In this document: positions 48,226-56,832 of the stretch, one piece after another | Position numbering within the stretch: position 1 is the first letter of the stretch | How the letters are laid out: each line of letters starts with the position of its first letter | Origin: Desulfobacterales bacterium | GTDB lineage: Bacteria; Desulfobacterota; Desulfobacteria; Desulfobacterales; YD0425bin51 | Assembly (NCBI GenBank): GCA_015228685.1 | Contig: JADGCY010000009.1 | Coordinates: 103,589-167,588, forward strand | Direction of reading: 5' to 3' | DNA: 64,000 bases | Notes under the pieces: model-generated | What the model saw: the letters and a program-made list of their open reading frames with translations, nothing else | The model's database searches: none | Told to the model about the DNA's origin: nothing | Translations under genes and position numbers: made by a program

Positions 48226-51217
48226 GTTTTTGTTTTTATTGTTATTTTTAGTGAATACGTTTTTTTTTACTGAAATTTCTGCAAATGATCTTAATATTCT
48301 GCATGAGGATGAAAATGAACTTACGATAGAGTTGCTATTGCCTAATTTTGAATTGCAAAAAGATTATATTCAAATATCTGGATGGGCATTTATGACCCAA
48401 ATTGGCTCTCCAGAACTTCCTATAAAAAGCTTATTGCTAAAAACCCCTCAATCATCAACTATTAAAATAGAAATTATTCAAAATGATAATTATAAAATTT
48501 CAAATTGCTATATTAAACCTGTTCAACCTTTAACAAGAGTCAGCCCTATATTTGAAAATGATGAAATCATTAATGAATTTAAATTTGATAAAGCTATTTA
48601 CAATAGCGTAAAGTTTTATCCTGGAAAGTTAGCAGAAATAGAATCTCAAGGTTTTTTTCGAGGAACCCCGTTTGCTAGATTAATGATTTATCCATTTCAA
48701 TGGAATCCCACAACAAAGGAATTAATCTATAGTAAGAGGCTGATATTTAAAGTTTCGTTTAAAAAAAAAATTAATAATACTTCCTATTTTATCAATAATA
48801 TGAATTCATTTAATAACATATATGATCAAATAAAAGAAAACCTTTTTATTAATAAAGAAAACCTTTTAAAAAATAATGCTGCTTCTATAATAAAAGATAA
48901 ATCTTCTCAATCAGAAGATTTTAAAGAAGGACTTAAAATTATAATTAAAAAAGAAGGAATATATCGTCTAACATATGATGATTTAAAAACAATTGGAATT
49001 GAGCTTTCATCAATTGATCCAAAAACTTTTCAGATATTTAATCAGGGTAATGAAATTGCTATTAAAGTAATTTCATTAAAAGAGCAATTTGGCGAAGGTG
49101 ATTATATAGAGTTTTTTTCAACAAAAATTGATAACCAGTATACAGATACTAACGTATATTGGCTTTATTGGAATAATAATTATGGCAAACGTATCGAAAG
49201 TATAGATGGAAAAATAACAGGACAAGGTAAAAAAGTTGATACTTTTTATGAAACCCTTCATTTTGAAGAGAATCATACAATATGGGAAAGCACACCAGGA
49301 TCTCCAGACAAGGATTACTGGTTCTGGGAAAAGATGAATGGTAATGTAACAAAAAATTACACAATATCTGTGCCATCACCTTTAAATGATTCATCTCAAG
49401 CATTAATGCGAGTTCATTTTCAAGGATGTTCTACTGCAAGCTCTCATCCTAATCATCATACAATTATTTCTATGAATAATATTTCAATGGGCAATAATTT
49501 TTGGGATGGTGATAAAGAATATATTCAAGAGGCAAGTTTCTCTGTAAATAATCTAATAAATGGCAATAACACATTAACAATCAAATCTCCAGCAGATACA
49601 GGTGCTTCAGTAGATGTAATTTACTATAATTGGATTGAGCTTAATTATTGGAGAGTTATGAAAGCAAATCAAGATCTGCTCAATTTCATAATTGAAGGAG
49701 ATGATAAAATTGAGGCACGTGTAAGCGGTTTTAGCCAGTCAGATGTTAAAATTTATGATATTACTGATCCTTTATATGTAAAAGAAATTTTAAATGCTCA
49801 GATTGAAAATACAGAAGGTGCTTATAAATGTATTTTTGAGGATCAAATCGAAACTAAAAAACAGTTTTATGTTATTGGAAGTTCAAACATAGAAAAACCA
49901 TCTGAAATATCTTTATGGCGTTCTGAAAATTTGAAAAGCGAATCAAATAGCGCTGATTATATTGTGATTAGCCCAAAAGAATTTCTATCTTCTATTCAGC
50001 CCTTATGCGATTTTAGACAAAATCAAGGTTTAAGGATAAAAAAAGCAGCTATAGAGGATATTTATAATGAATTTAATTATGGAATATTTGATCCAAAGGC
50101 AATTAAAGACTTCTTGAAATATACTTATCAAAATTGGGCAAAACCAGCTCCTACATTTGTATTACTTGCTGGAGATGCAAATACTGATTACAGGGATTAC
50201 TTTGGGACAGGTAAAAAAACAAAGATTCCAGCACATTTAACTTATTTTTCAGATTCAGGATTAAGACCAGATGATAACTGGTATGTTTGTTTAGAAGGAG
50301 ATGACCCTTTAACAGAAATGATGTTAGGAAGAATTCCTGGAAAAGATAATGATACAATTTCTCAAATTGTAAATAAAATGATAACCTTTGAAGATATTAA
50401 AAAAAAACCTAAAAGCGTGTTACTGGCTGCTGATAATGATGAAATATCATTTGAAAATTTATGCGAAAATCTAATTCCACATATTCCATCAGATTATACT
50501 ATTGATAAAGTATATCTAAGACTTTATCAAGATGCAGATGATGCAACTCAAGATATTCTTTCAAACATGGATAAGGGTAACCTTATAAGCAATTATGTTG
50601 GACATGGAAATATTAAAATTTGGTCTGGAGAACCTTTGTTTGAATCTTCCAATGTAAATTCATTAAAAAACAATGGCAATAAATTAACATTTGTAATTTC
50701 GATGAGTTGTCTAAATGGTTATTTTTCTCATCCTAATTATTATTGTCTTTCTGAAGAACTTATTGCAGCTAAGGACAAAGGCGCACTTGCTTGTTTATCT
50801 TCTAGTGGAAGCTCATATCAATCAGAAAATGAGGTTTTCAACAAAGAAATTTTTTCTGTTATTTTTAATAACAAAAACTATACAATAGGATCAATTGTAG
50901 CAGATTCAAAGAGTGCCGCATATTCAAAAGGTGTTTCATATGAAAGTATATTGATCTTTCATTTATTAGGAGATCCTGCATCTCAGCTTATGGAAAAGGA
51001 AAATAGCACAAGTAGCACTACAACAAGTATTTCGACTACTACTATGTCATCAAGTTCTACAACAACATCAGAATTAACAACTTCTGTCATTACAAGCACA
51101 ATAAGTAGTACAACTTCACAACCAACTAGTTCTGTTGAACAACAGTCAAATGATAATAAATCTGGAGGTGGCGGTGGATGCTTTATTTCAATAGCAATAA
51201 ACAGCAAGATCTTTTAG
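48212..51217 (+). CDS. Secreted peptidase C25 (gingipain-like, caspase-fold) domain protein with Ser/Thr-rich C-terminal stalk
   Basis: Signal peptide. His motif NYVGHGNIK and Cys motif ISMSCLNGYF resemble C25 catalytic dyad contexts (compare gingipain ...ACVNGDF). It overlaps the S26-like gene by 14 nt. Confidence 0.6.
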   Translation: MYYNKFLFLLLFLVNTFFFTEISANDLNILHEDENELTIELLLPNFELQKDYIQISGWAFMTQIGSPELPIKSLLLKTPQSSTIKIEIIQNDNYKISNCYIKPVQPLTRVSPIFENDEIINEFKFDKAIYNSVKFYPGKLAEIESQGFFRGTPFARLMIYPFQWNPTTKELIYSKRLIFKVSFKKKINNTSYFINNMNSFNNIYDQIKENLFINKENLLKNNAASIIKDKSSQSEDFKEGLKIIIKKEGIYRLTYDDLKTIGIELSSIDPKTFQIFNQGNEIAIKVISLKEQFGEGDYIEFFSTKIDNQYTDTNVYWLYWNNNYGKRIESIDGKITGQGKKVDTFYETLHFEENHTIWESTPGSPDKDYWFWEKMNGNVTKNYTISVPSPLNDSSQALMRVHFQGCSTASSHPNHHTIISMNNISMGNNFWDGDKEYIQEASFSVNNLINGNNTLTIKSPADTGASVDVIYYNWIELNYWRVMKANQDLLNFIIEGDDKIEARVSGFSQSDVKIYDITDPLYVKEILNAQIENTEGAYKCIFEDQIETKKQFYVIGSSNIEKPSEISLWRSENLKSESNSADYIVISPKEFLSSIQPLCDFRQNQGLRIKKAAIEDIYNEFNYGIFDPKAIKDFLKYTYQNWAKPAPTFVLLAGDANTDYRDYFGTGKKTKIPAHLTYFSDSGLRPDDNWYVCLEGDDPLTEMMLGRIPGKDNDTISQIVNKMITFEDIKKKPKSVLLAADNDEISFENLCENLIPHIPSDYTIDKVYLRLYQDADDATQDILSNMDKGNLISNYVGHGNIKIWSGEPLFESSNVNSLKNNGNKLTFVISMSCLNGYFSHPNYYCLSEELIAAKDKGALACLSSSGSSYQSENEVFNKEIFSVIFNNKNYTIGSIVADSKSAAYSKGVSYESILIFHLLGDPASQLMEKENSTSSTTTSISTTTMSSSSTTTSELTTSVITSTISSTTSQPTSSVEQQSNDNKSGGGGGCFISIAINSKIF
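51001..51170 (+). repeat. Ser/Thr-rich low-complexity coding tract (mucin-like linker)
   Basis: STSSTTTSISTTTMSSSSTTTSELTTSVITSTISSTTSQPTSS is translated from this tract. It is ACN/AGY-rich. Confidence 0.6.
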
Positions 51218-51240
51218 TAGAAGAAAAGCTTACAATTTTG

Positions 51241-52410
51241 ATGTGTAGAATTAGTTTAGATGATGAAGAATCTAAGCAATTGCATATCCTTTTATCACAG
51301 CCTTTAAATTGGAGTTTGCTTCTTGAAATATCTCAAAGAGCCATAATTTTGCCTCTTTTTTTTAAACATTTATCTCAAGAACAATTTTTAAAATATGTTC
51401 CAAAAGGTGTTTTAACAAATTTAAATACAATATATCGTAATATTGCTTTACAGAACTTAAGAATACAGAGCCAAATAAAAGAAATTTTAAAATCAATGCA
51501 AGAGTCTAATATTCCTATTATTTTACTGAAAGGTGCATATTTATCAAACTGCCTCTATGATGACATTGCGATTAGACCAATGGGTGATATTGATATTCTA
51601 TGTCAAAAGTCTGATATGGAAAAAGCAAGTGAAAAAATAAAGGAAATAGGATACAAACAATTCAAATTTCCACAAAGTTCTCTTCACTTTACAAATTCCA
51701 ATCATTTAATTCCTTTTGAAAAAACAAATAAGCTTTCTATCGAAATACATGATTATATTTTTTCAGCTAAAGATAAAAATTTTGAAGTTATGAATAATAT
51801 TTGGGAGTCAGCAGTTCCAAAAAAAATATATGGATTTCCCATTTTATCCCTATCTGTTGAAGATGAAATTTTACATTTATCTTGTCACTTATATAAACAT
51901 TTGAGCACATATGAGAAGAAATTTTATTGGTTTTGTGATATTCATGAAATTATAAAACAGAATAAAAATCAAATAGATTGGGATAAACTGTATTATAGGG
52001 TTCAAAATTTATATATAGATAAGCAAATTGGCACTATATTCTATTTTATGAAAGATGTCTGGCATTCTCCTATACCAGAAAATTTTTTAAGTAAGAAAGA
52101 CGAGAAAAAAGAAAAAAATTTAGCAAAAGAAATATTTAGTAATAATATAAATTATTTTAAATATTATCTAAAAATTTTTAATGATGTTTGGAGTTTTAAA
52201 GGTCTGAAGACCCCAATTATTTATTTATTAAGATGTTTTTTTCCTGATAGGTCACATCTAATCAATAGATATGAAGTAAAAAATAACGCTATTAATTGGA
52301 TATTACTTTTACTAATTCATCCTTTTATAGTTATATTTAGAGCATTCGGGAGAGTTATAACTACTATTTACTATGAGCAAAAAAATAGATTCCTATCAGT
52401 ATTTTTATAG
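51241..52410 (+). CDS. Nucleotidyltransferase-family protein (PF14907/NTP_transf_5-like)
   Basis: ILLKGAYLSNCLYDDIAIRPMGDIDIL fits the uncharacterised-nucleotidyltransferase signature (hG[GS]x9-13Dh[DE]h). The start was set at the internal Met to avoid overlap with the upstream gene. Confidence 0.6.
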   Translation: MCRISLDDEESKQLHILLSQPLNWSLLLEISQRAIILPLFFKHLSQEQFLKYVPKGVLTNLNTIYRNIALQNLRIQSQIKEILKSMQESNIPIILLKGAYLSNCLYDDIAIRPMGDIDILCQKSDMEKASEKIKEIGYKQFKFPQSSLHFTNSNHLIPFEKTNKLSIEIHDYIFSAKDKNFEVMNNIWESAVPKKIYGFPILSLSVEDEILHLSCHLYKHLSTYEKKFYWFCDIHEIIKQNKNQIDWDKLYYRVQNLYIDKQIGTIFYFMKDVWHSPIPENFLSKKDEKKEKNLAKEIFSNNINYFKYYLKIFNDVWSFKGLKTPIIYLLRCFFPDRSHLINRYEVKNNAINWILLLLIHPFIVIFRAFGRVITTIYYEQKNRFLSVFL

Positions 52411-53437
52411 AATTTTAGATGTAGATGTCTGTTTGAGATCTGAAAAAATTGAACTTTTTAATTTGTTTATGGATGATTATGATTGGTTTAGAACCAAGTA
52501 TTTATCAAATGAAAATATATTAGATTTTTCAATTACATCTTATAATGGCAAAGATGAGCTAGTAGTACTTCCATATAATGATATTTATGATATTTCTGCA
52601 CACCCAAGTCCTAATAATTATATTTATCAAATAATTTTACGAGAATTGTTTGATAAATTTAAAGATTTCTTTGTTTTGCATGCTGGAGTTGTTTCTATTG
52701 ATGAAAATGTATTAGCAATTTCTGGTTCACAAGGTATTGGGAAAACTACTTTTATTTTAGAGTTACTTAAAAATAATTGTATATTTTTTTCAGATGATTT
52801 TTGTCCAATTCACAAAGCGACAAAGTTGGTTTATCCTTTCCCAAGAAATTTATGGATAAAAAACAAAAACAAAAAAAATCCAATTAGAATAAAAGAGCTA
52901 TCATCAGCTATTTCAGACATTCCACAAAAATTAAAGTGGTTAATATGCCTTAAAGAAATAAATAATAAAAATGATTTTTGTCATATAGAAGTTATTTTAA
53001 AGGATGAAGATAATTGTTTTATTCAAGAATTATATAAAATTGGTTATATTACAATTAATAATTCTTTTAATGAAAATTTTCCCTTATTGTCAATTAGCTA
53101 TCCAAAAGGTAGAGGAATAACATTAAAAATTAAAGAATTATTGAAAAAACATAAAGATAATATATGGAATTTTTATCGCATTGATAGAAATGCTCCCCCA
53201 GACTTTTTAAAAGAAGCTGAACTTAAAGCAATGAGTACAAATGATGCAGCATTTTTTTTGCTTCATGAACTTAAAAGTAAAGTTAGTTTAGATAATATAG
53301 ATATAAAACCAATGAGCGTTTTTATGAAATTATTTGAAATTTTAGAAGGTATTCAGTGTTATTCTCTTAATGTAGGTAAAATAGAATCAATGCGCAAATT
53401 GGTTCTAAGTTTAATAAATGGAAAAATGGAGGTATAA
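52373..53437 (+). CDS. HprK-related P-loop kinase
   Basis: LHAGVVSIDENVLAISGSQGIGKTTFILELLKNNCIFFSDD aligns with the HPr kinase C-domain P-loop region (LHG..V...GVLITGDSGIGKSE.ALEL...G..LVADD). Confidence 0.7.
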   Translation: MSKKIDSYQYFYRILDVDVCLRSEKIELFNLFMDDYDWFRTKYLSNENILDFSITSYNGKDELVVLPYNDIYDISAHPSPNNYIYQIILRELFDKFKDFFVLHAGVVSIDENVLAISGSQGIGKTTFILELLKNNCIFFSDDFCPIHKATKLVYPFPRNLWIKNKNKKNPIRIKELSSAISDIPQKLKWLICLKEINNKNDFCHIEVILKDEDNCFIQELYKIGYITINNSFNENFPLLSISYPKGRGITLKIKELLKKHKDNIWNFYRIDRNAPPDFLKEAELKAMSTNDAAFFLLHELKSKVSLDNIDIKPMSVFMKLFEILEGIQCYSLNVGKIESMRKLVLSLINGKMEV

Positions 53438-53442
53438 GAAAT

Positions 53443-53688
53443 ATGAGCCAATTTATTATTAAAAAAATTAATAATGAGTTGATGTTTTATGATACAAAAA
53501 TGAATAAAGTCCACATTTTAAATGAATCTGCACAATTGATTTACAATCTTTATATAAAAGAAAAATCTTTGGAAGATATTGAAAATGAAATAAGTAATAA
53601 TTTTCAAATAGAGGAAAATTATAAGACAATTCATTATGATATAGAAAAATGTATAGGAATTATGAAGGAAAAGGGTCTGATAATTTAA
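53443..53688 (+). CDS. PqqD-family protein (stand-alone RRE-like peptide chaperone)
   Basis: 81 aa. LMFYDTKMNKVHILNESAQLIYNL...SLEDIENEISNNFQI...DIEKCIGIMKEKGLI fits PqqD. It lies 5 nt after the kinase. Confidence 0.7.
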   Translation: MSQFIIKKINNELMFYDTKMNKVHILNESAQLIYNLYIKEKSLEDIENEISNNFQIEENYKTIHYDIEKCIGIMKEKGLII

Positions 53689-55145
53689 TTTAAGAATGAT
53701 TTCAGATCATCAACTATTATTTTATAGGATTTTAAAGCAACCATTAATTCTTTAATATTAAAACTGTCAGCAAAAGTTAATAATTCATTTCCATAATTAG
53801 AGAGCTTTTTTATTCCATATAGTGTGCCTATTTCTTTTATTTTTTTCCCAAAAGATTCTATAATAGTTAAGTTTTGAGACTCCAAAGATTTTTCACATTC
53901 ATTATATAATTCATTTTCAAGTAAAAAAATGATTTCTGGCAATTTTTCTTTTGTTTTTATAGAGATTTCTTCTAATTTTAGATCGTTTATTTTTTTCTCT
54001 TCTTCAAAGTTGCTTTTATATCTACTATTTTCTCCATACTCATATTTTATGGTAAAGAAGAAAGAGCTTCCTTTATCTTTTATGCTTTCTACCCATATTT
54101 TACCATTCATCATCTCTACCAAATTTTTTGAAATTGCTAAACCAAGACCTGTTCCACTATATTTGTGACTATTAAATTGAGTAAACTTTTTAAAAAGATT
54201 TGGAATGTTATTTTCTGATATACCTATACCTGTGTCTTTAACTGAAAAAAGAAGCGTATACTCCTCTTGCTTTATAACACTAATATCTATGTTACCTTCA
54301 TCTGTAAATTTTACAGCATTGCTGACTAAGTTTTTTAAAATTTGATCAAGTTTATGAGAATCTGTCTTTATATATTCTGGAACTGCAGGATCGATATTAA
54401 CATTAATTTTTATGTCTTTATTATAAGCTATTGAATGTGTTATTTGAATAATGCTTTTCATTAAATTATATATATTAAAAGTCTCAACTTTTAATTCAAA
54501 TGCTCCAACTTCTATTTTTGAAAAATCCAAAATATTATTTATCAAATTTAGAAGTTTTGTACCGCTTTGAATTATATTATCAATATATTCTATCTGCTTT
54601 CTATTAAGTTTTCCTATATTTTGATCTTTCAATATGTGTGAAAATCCAAGTATCGAATTCATTGGAGTTCTGATTTCATGGCTAATCGATGCCAAAAAAT
54701 CAGTTTTAGCAAGATTTGCAGTTTCTGCTTCATCTCTTGCTTTTTGCAGTTCAGTTTGTAAATTTTTTATCATCAAATGCTTTTTTATACGAGCAATTAG
54801 TTCTTCTGGGTGAAATGGTTTTGTGATATAGTCTAAAACATTCATTTCAAGCCCTTTAAGTTTGTCTTGAATATCTCTATGAGCTGTCAAGAATATTACA
54901 GGGTTATAAGCTTTGTTAAAATGCTCTTGTAACTTAGCACATACATCAAAACCATCAATATCTGGCAGAGTAATATCAAGAAGAATAATATCTGGCGAGT
55001 TATTTAAAAATTTTTTTATTCCATCAGTTCCATTTTCAGCAACTAAAATTTTAAAATTTTCTCTCTTCAAATGAAAAAGCACAAGTTCTCTATCTAATGG
55101 ATCATCCTCTATAAATAATATTGTAGCTTTTTTATCTTCACCCAT
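53685..55145 (-). CDS. Response-regulator/histidine-kinase hybrid (REC-HisKA-HATPase + C-terminal helical domain)
   Basis: N-terminal REC (ILFIEDDPLD...LLDITLPDIDG), H-box [14 protein letters not shown] and HATPase GTGLGLAI. Confidence 0.85.
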   Translation of the reverse strand: MGEDKKATILFIEDDPLDRELVLFHLKRENFKILVAENGTDGIKKFLNNSPDIILLDITLPDIDGFDVCAKLQEHFNKAYNPVIFLTAHRDIQDKLKGLEMNVLDYITKPFHPEELIARIKKHLMIKNLQTELQKARDEAETANLAKTDFLASISHEIRTPMNSILGFSHILKDQNIGKLNRKQIEYIDNIIQSGTKLLNLINNILDFSKIEVGAFELKVETFNIYNLMKSIIQITHSIAYNKDIKINVNIDPAVPEYIKTDSHKLDQILKNLVSNAVKFTDEGNIDISVIKQEEYTLLFSVKDTGIGISENNIPNLFKKFTQFNSHKYSGTGLGLAISKNLVEMMNGKIWVESIKDKGSSFFFTIKYEYGENSRYKSNFEEEKKINDLKLEEISIKTKEKLPEIIFLLENELYNECEKSLESQNLTIIESFGKKIKEIGTLYGIKKLSNYGNELLTFADSFNIKELMVALKSYKIIVDDLKSFLN

Positions 55146-55147
55146 TT

Positions 55148-56653
55148 TTATTCTTCCTTGTGATTATTATTTAAAGGTAAATATATATAAAAAATAGATC
55201 CTTCTCCAACTTTAGAGTCTACAGAAATATAACCATTATGTTTTTTTATTATGGAAAAAGAAGTGCTAAGACCAAGACCAAGACCTTTTTGCGAGTATCT
55301 TTTCTTTGTTGAATAATAAGGATCAAATATAATTTGAATATCTTTTTCAGGAATACCAATCCCTTGATCCTTAATGCTTATCTCAATATATTTACCGGGT
55401 AGGATGGGTGATTTTTCTTCTCCAAAAATTTCAATATTTTTTATATTGATTTTAATTTCTCCTTCTTTTGGCATGGCTTCTTTTGCATTCAACAAAATAT
55501 TATAAATAACATTTTTTATCTGCGTCTCATCAAATTCAACTTTCCAGATCTTGTCATCAGAAGAAAAGCTTACCATAGAAGTTGAGTCTCCTAAAGCCAA
55601 ACTAATTGCCTCTTGTATTGTTTTTTCGATATTTCCTATTTTTTTTGAGGGTCTTATTCCTTTTGATAGATTTAATAGATATTTAATCAAATCTTTAGAT
55701 TTTAATAATCCGCTTTTAGCCTCACTCAATAGTTGATATAGTTCTTCATTAAACTTTATTTTTTCTTTTGTCAGTTCAATATAACCAAGAATTGCAGCAT
55801 TTAAATTATTGAAATCATGGGCAATACCACCTGCAAAAATTCCAGCAGATTCAAGCTTTACAATTTTTAACATTTCTTCTTCTCTTTTTTTTCTATCTGT
55901 TATATTTGTTGCAATCCCTTCAATAATTGTATCATTATTTTCTATTTTGTTTACTATAGACTTATCAGAAAGCCAGAGCCATTCACCATTAGCATCTTTA
56001 ATCCTATATTCAACTTCAGACTTTTTATTTTTTTGAAGTGATTTAAGTATATTATTATATTTTTCTATATCATCAGGGTGAATTAAATCAAACCATAAAA
56101 ATGGGTTTTTGTGGAAATCAGAGCTTTTATATCCCAAAATTTTTTCCACTCGACTTGAAACATAAAATTCTTTTTTTTTTTCTGAAAATGAGTAAATAAT
56201 ATCTGAAGTACCTTCTAAAAGACGCCTATACTTTGCTTCACTTTCCTGAAGATTTTCTCTTGATCTTTTTAAAGCAAGCTGTGTTTTTACCCTGGCTAAT
56301 ACTTCTGCAGGGTGAAAAGGTTTTTGAATATAGTCTACAGCTCCTACTTCAAAACCTTGCATAATACTTTCGATATTTGTTTTTGCTGTAAGAAACATGA
56401 TAGGTATCTCTTTTGTTATAGAGTTATTTTTAAAATGTTTGCATACTTCAAAACCATCCATTTCTGGCATCATAATATCTAATAGAATCAAGTCAAACAT
56501 TGACATAGAAGCAAGTTTAATAGCCTGTTTGCCATCAGTTGCAAAAGAAAGTGAATAACCTTGTTCTCTTAAAGTATTACCTAAAACCTGAATGTTTTCA
56601 GGTATATCGTCAACTATAAGGATTTGAAAATTTTTATTATATTCATTCTCCAT
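55148..56653 (-). CDS. Response-regulator/PAS/histidine-kinase hybrid
   Basis: REC (ILIVDDIPEN...LLDIMMPEMDG), a PAS-like segment, H-box GGIAHDFNNL and HATPase GLGLGLS. It lies 2 nt upstream of the preceding hybrid kinase on the minus strand. Confidence 0.85.
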   Translation of the reverse strand: MENEYNKNFQILIVDDIPENIQVLGNTLREQGYSLSFATDGKQAIKLASMSMFDLILLDIMMPEMDGFEVCKHFKNNSITKEIPIMFLTAKTNIESIMQGFEVGAVDYIQKPFHPAEVLARVKTQLALKRSRENLQESEAKYRRLLEGTSDIIYSFSEKKKEFYVSSRVEKILGYKSSDFHKNPFLWFDLIHPDDIEKYNNILKSLQKNKKSEVEYRIKDANGEWLWLSDKSIVNKIENNDTIIEGIATNITDRKKREEEMLKIVKLESAGIFAGGIAHDFNNLNAAILGYIELTKEKIKFNEELYQLLSEAKSGLLKSKDLIKYLLNLSKGIRPSKKIGNIEKTIQEAISLALGDSTSMVSFSSDDKIWKVEFDETQIKNVIYNILLNAKEAMPKEGEIKINIKNIEIFGEEKSPILPGKYIEISIKDQGIGIPEKDIQIIFDPYYSTKKRYSQKGLGLGLSTSFSIIKKHNGYISVDSKVGEGSIFYIYLPLNNNHKEE

Positions 56654-56673
56654 AAAACCTCCTTTTAAATCCC

Positions 56674-56708
56674 TGCAACTTATATTACAATGGTAAACTT
56701 AAGTTGCA
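56674..56708. promoter_or_regulatory. Inverted repeat TGCAACTTA-N17-TAAGTTGCA upstream of the REC-PAS-kinase operon
   Basis: 9-bp perfect arms read from the sequence. It starts 21 nt upstream of the minus-strand start codon at 56653. Confidence 0.35.
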
Positions 56709-56832
56709 ATTATATATATAAAAGATAAATTATTTATAAAATAAAATCAATTAGATATTTATTTTTTTCTAATGGTATAATTATTGCTTGATATTTATAA
56801 TATATAATAACTTTTTAAATTGGGGGTATACA

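Noticed and set aside
50983-51207. 74-aa minus-strand ORF rich in Val/Leu
   Set aside because: It is the reverse complement of the Ser/Thr-rich coding tract of the C25 protein and therefore a compositional artefact.
51178-51240. Possible frameshift fusing the C25 protein to the nucleotidyltransferase
   Set aside because: The nucleotidyltransferase has its own plausible internal Met start and an unrelated domain. Neither alternative frame continues a hydrophobic anchor. The two are therefore treated as separate genes.
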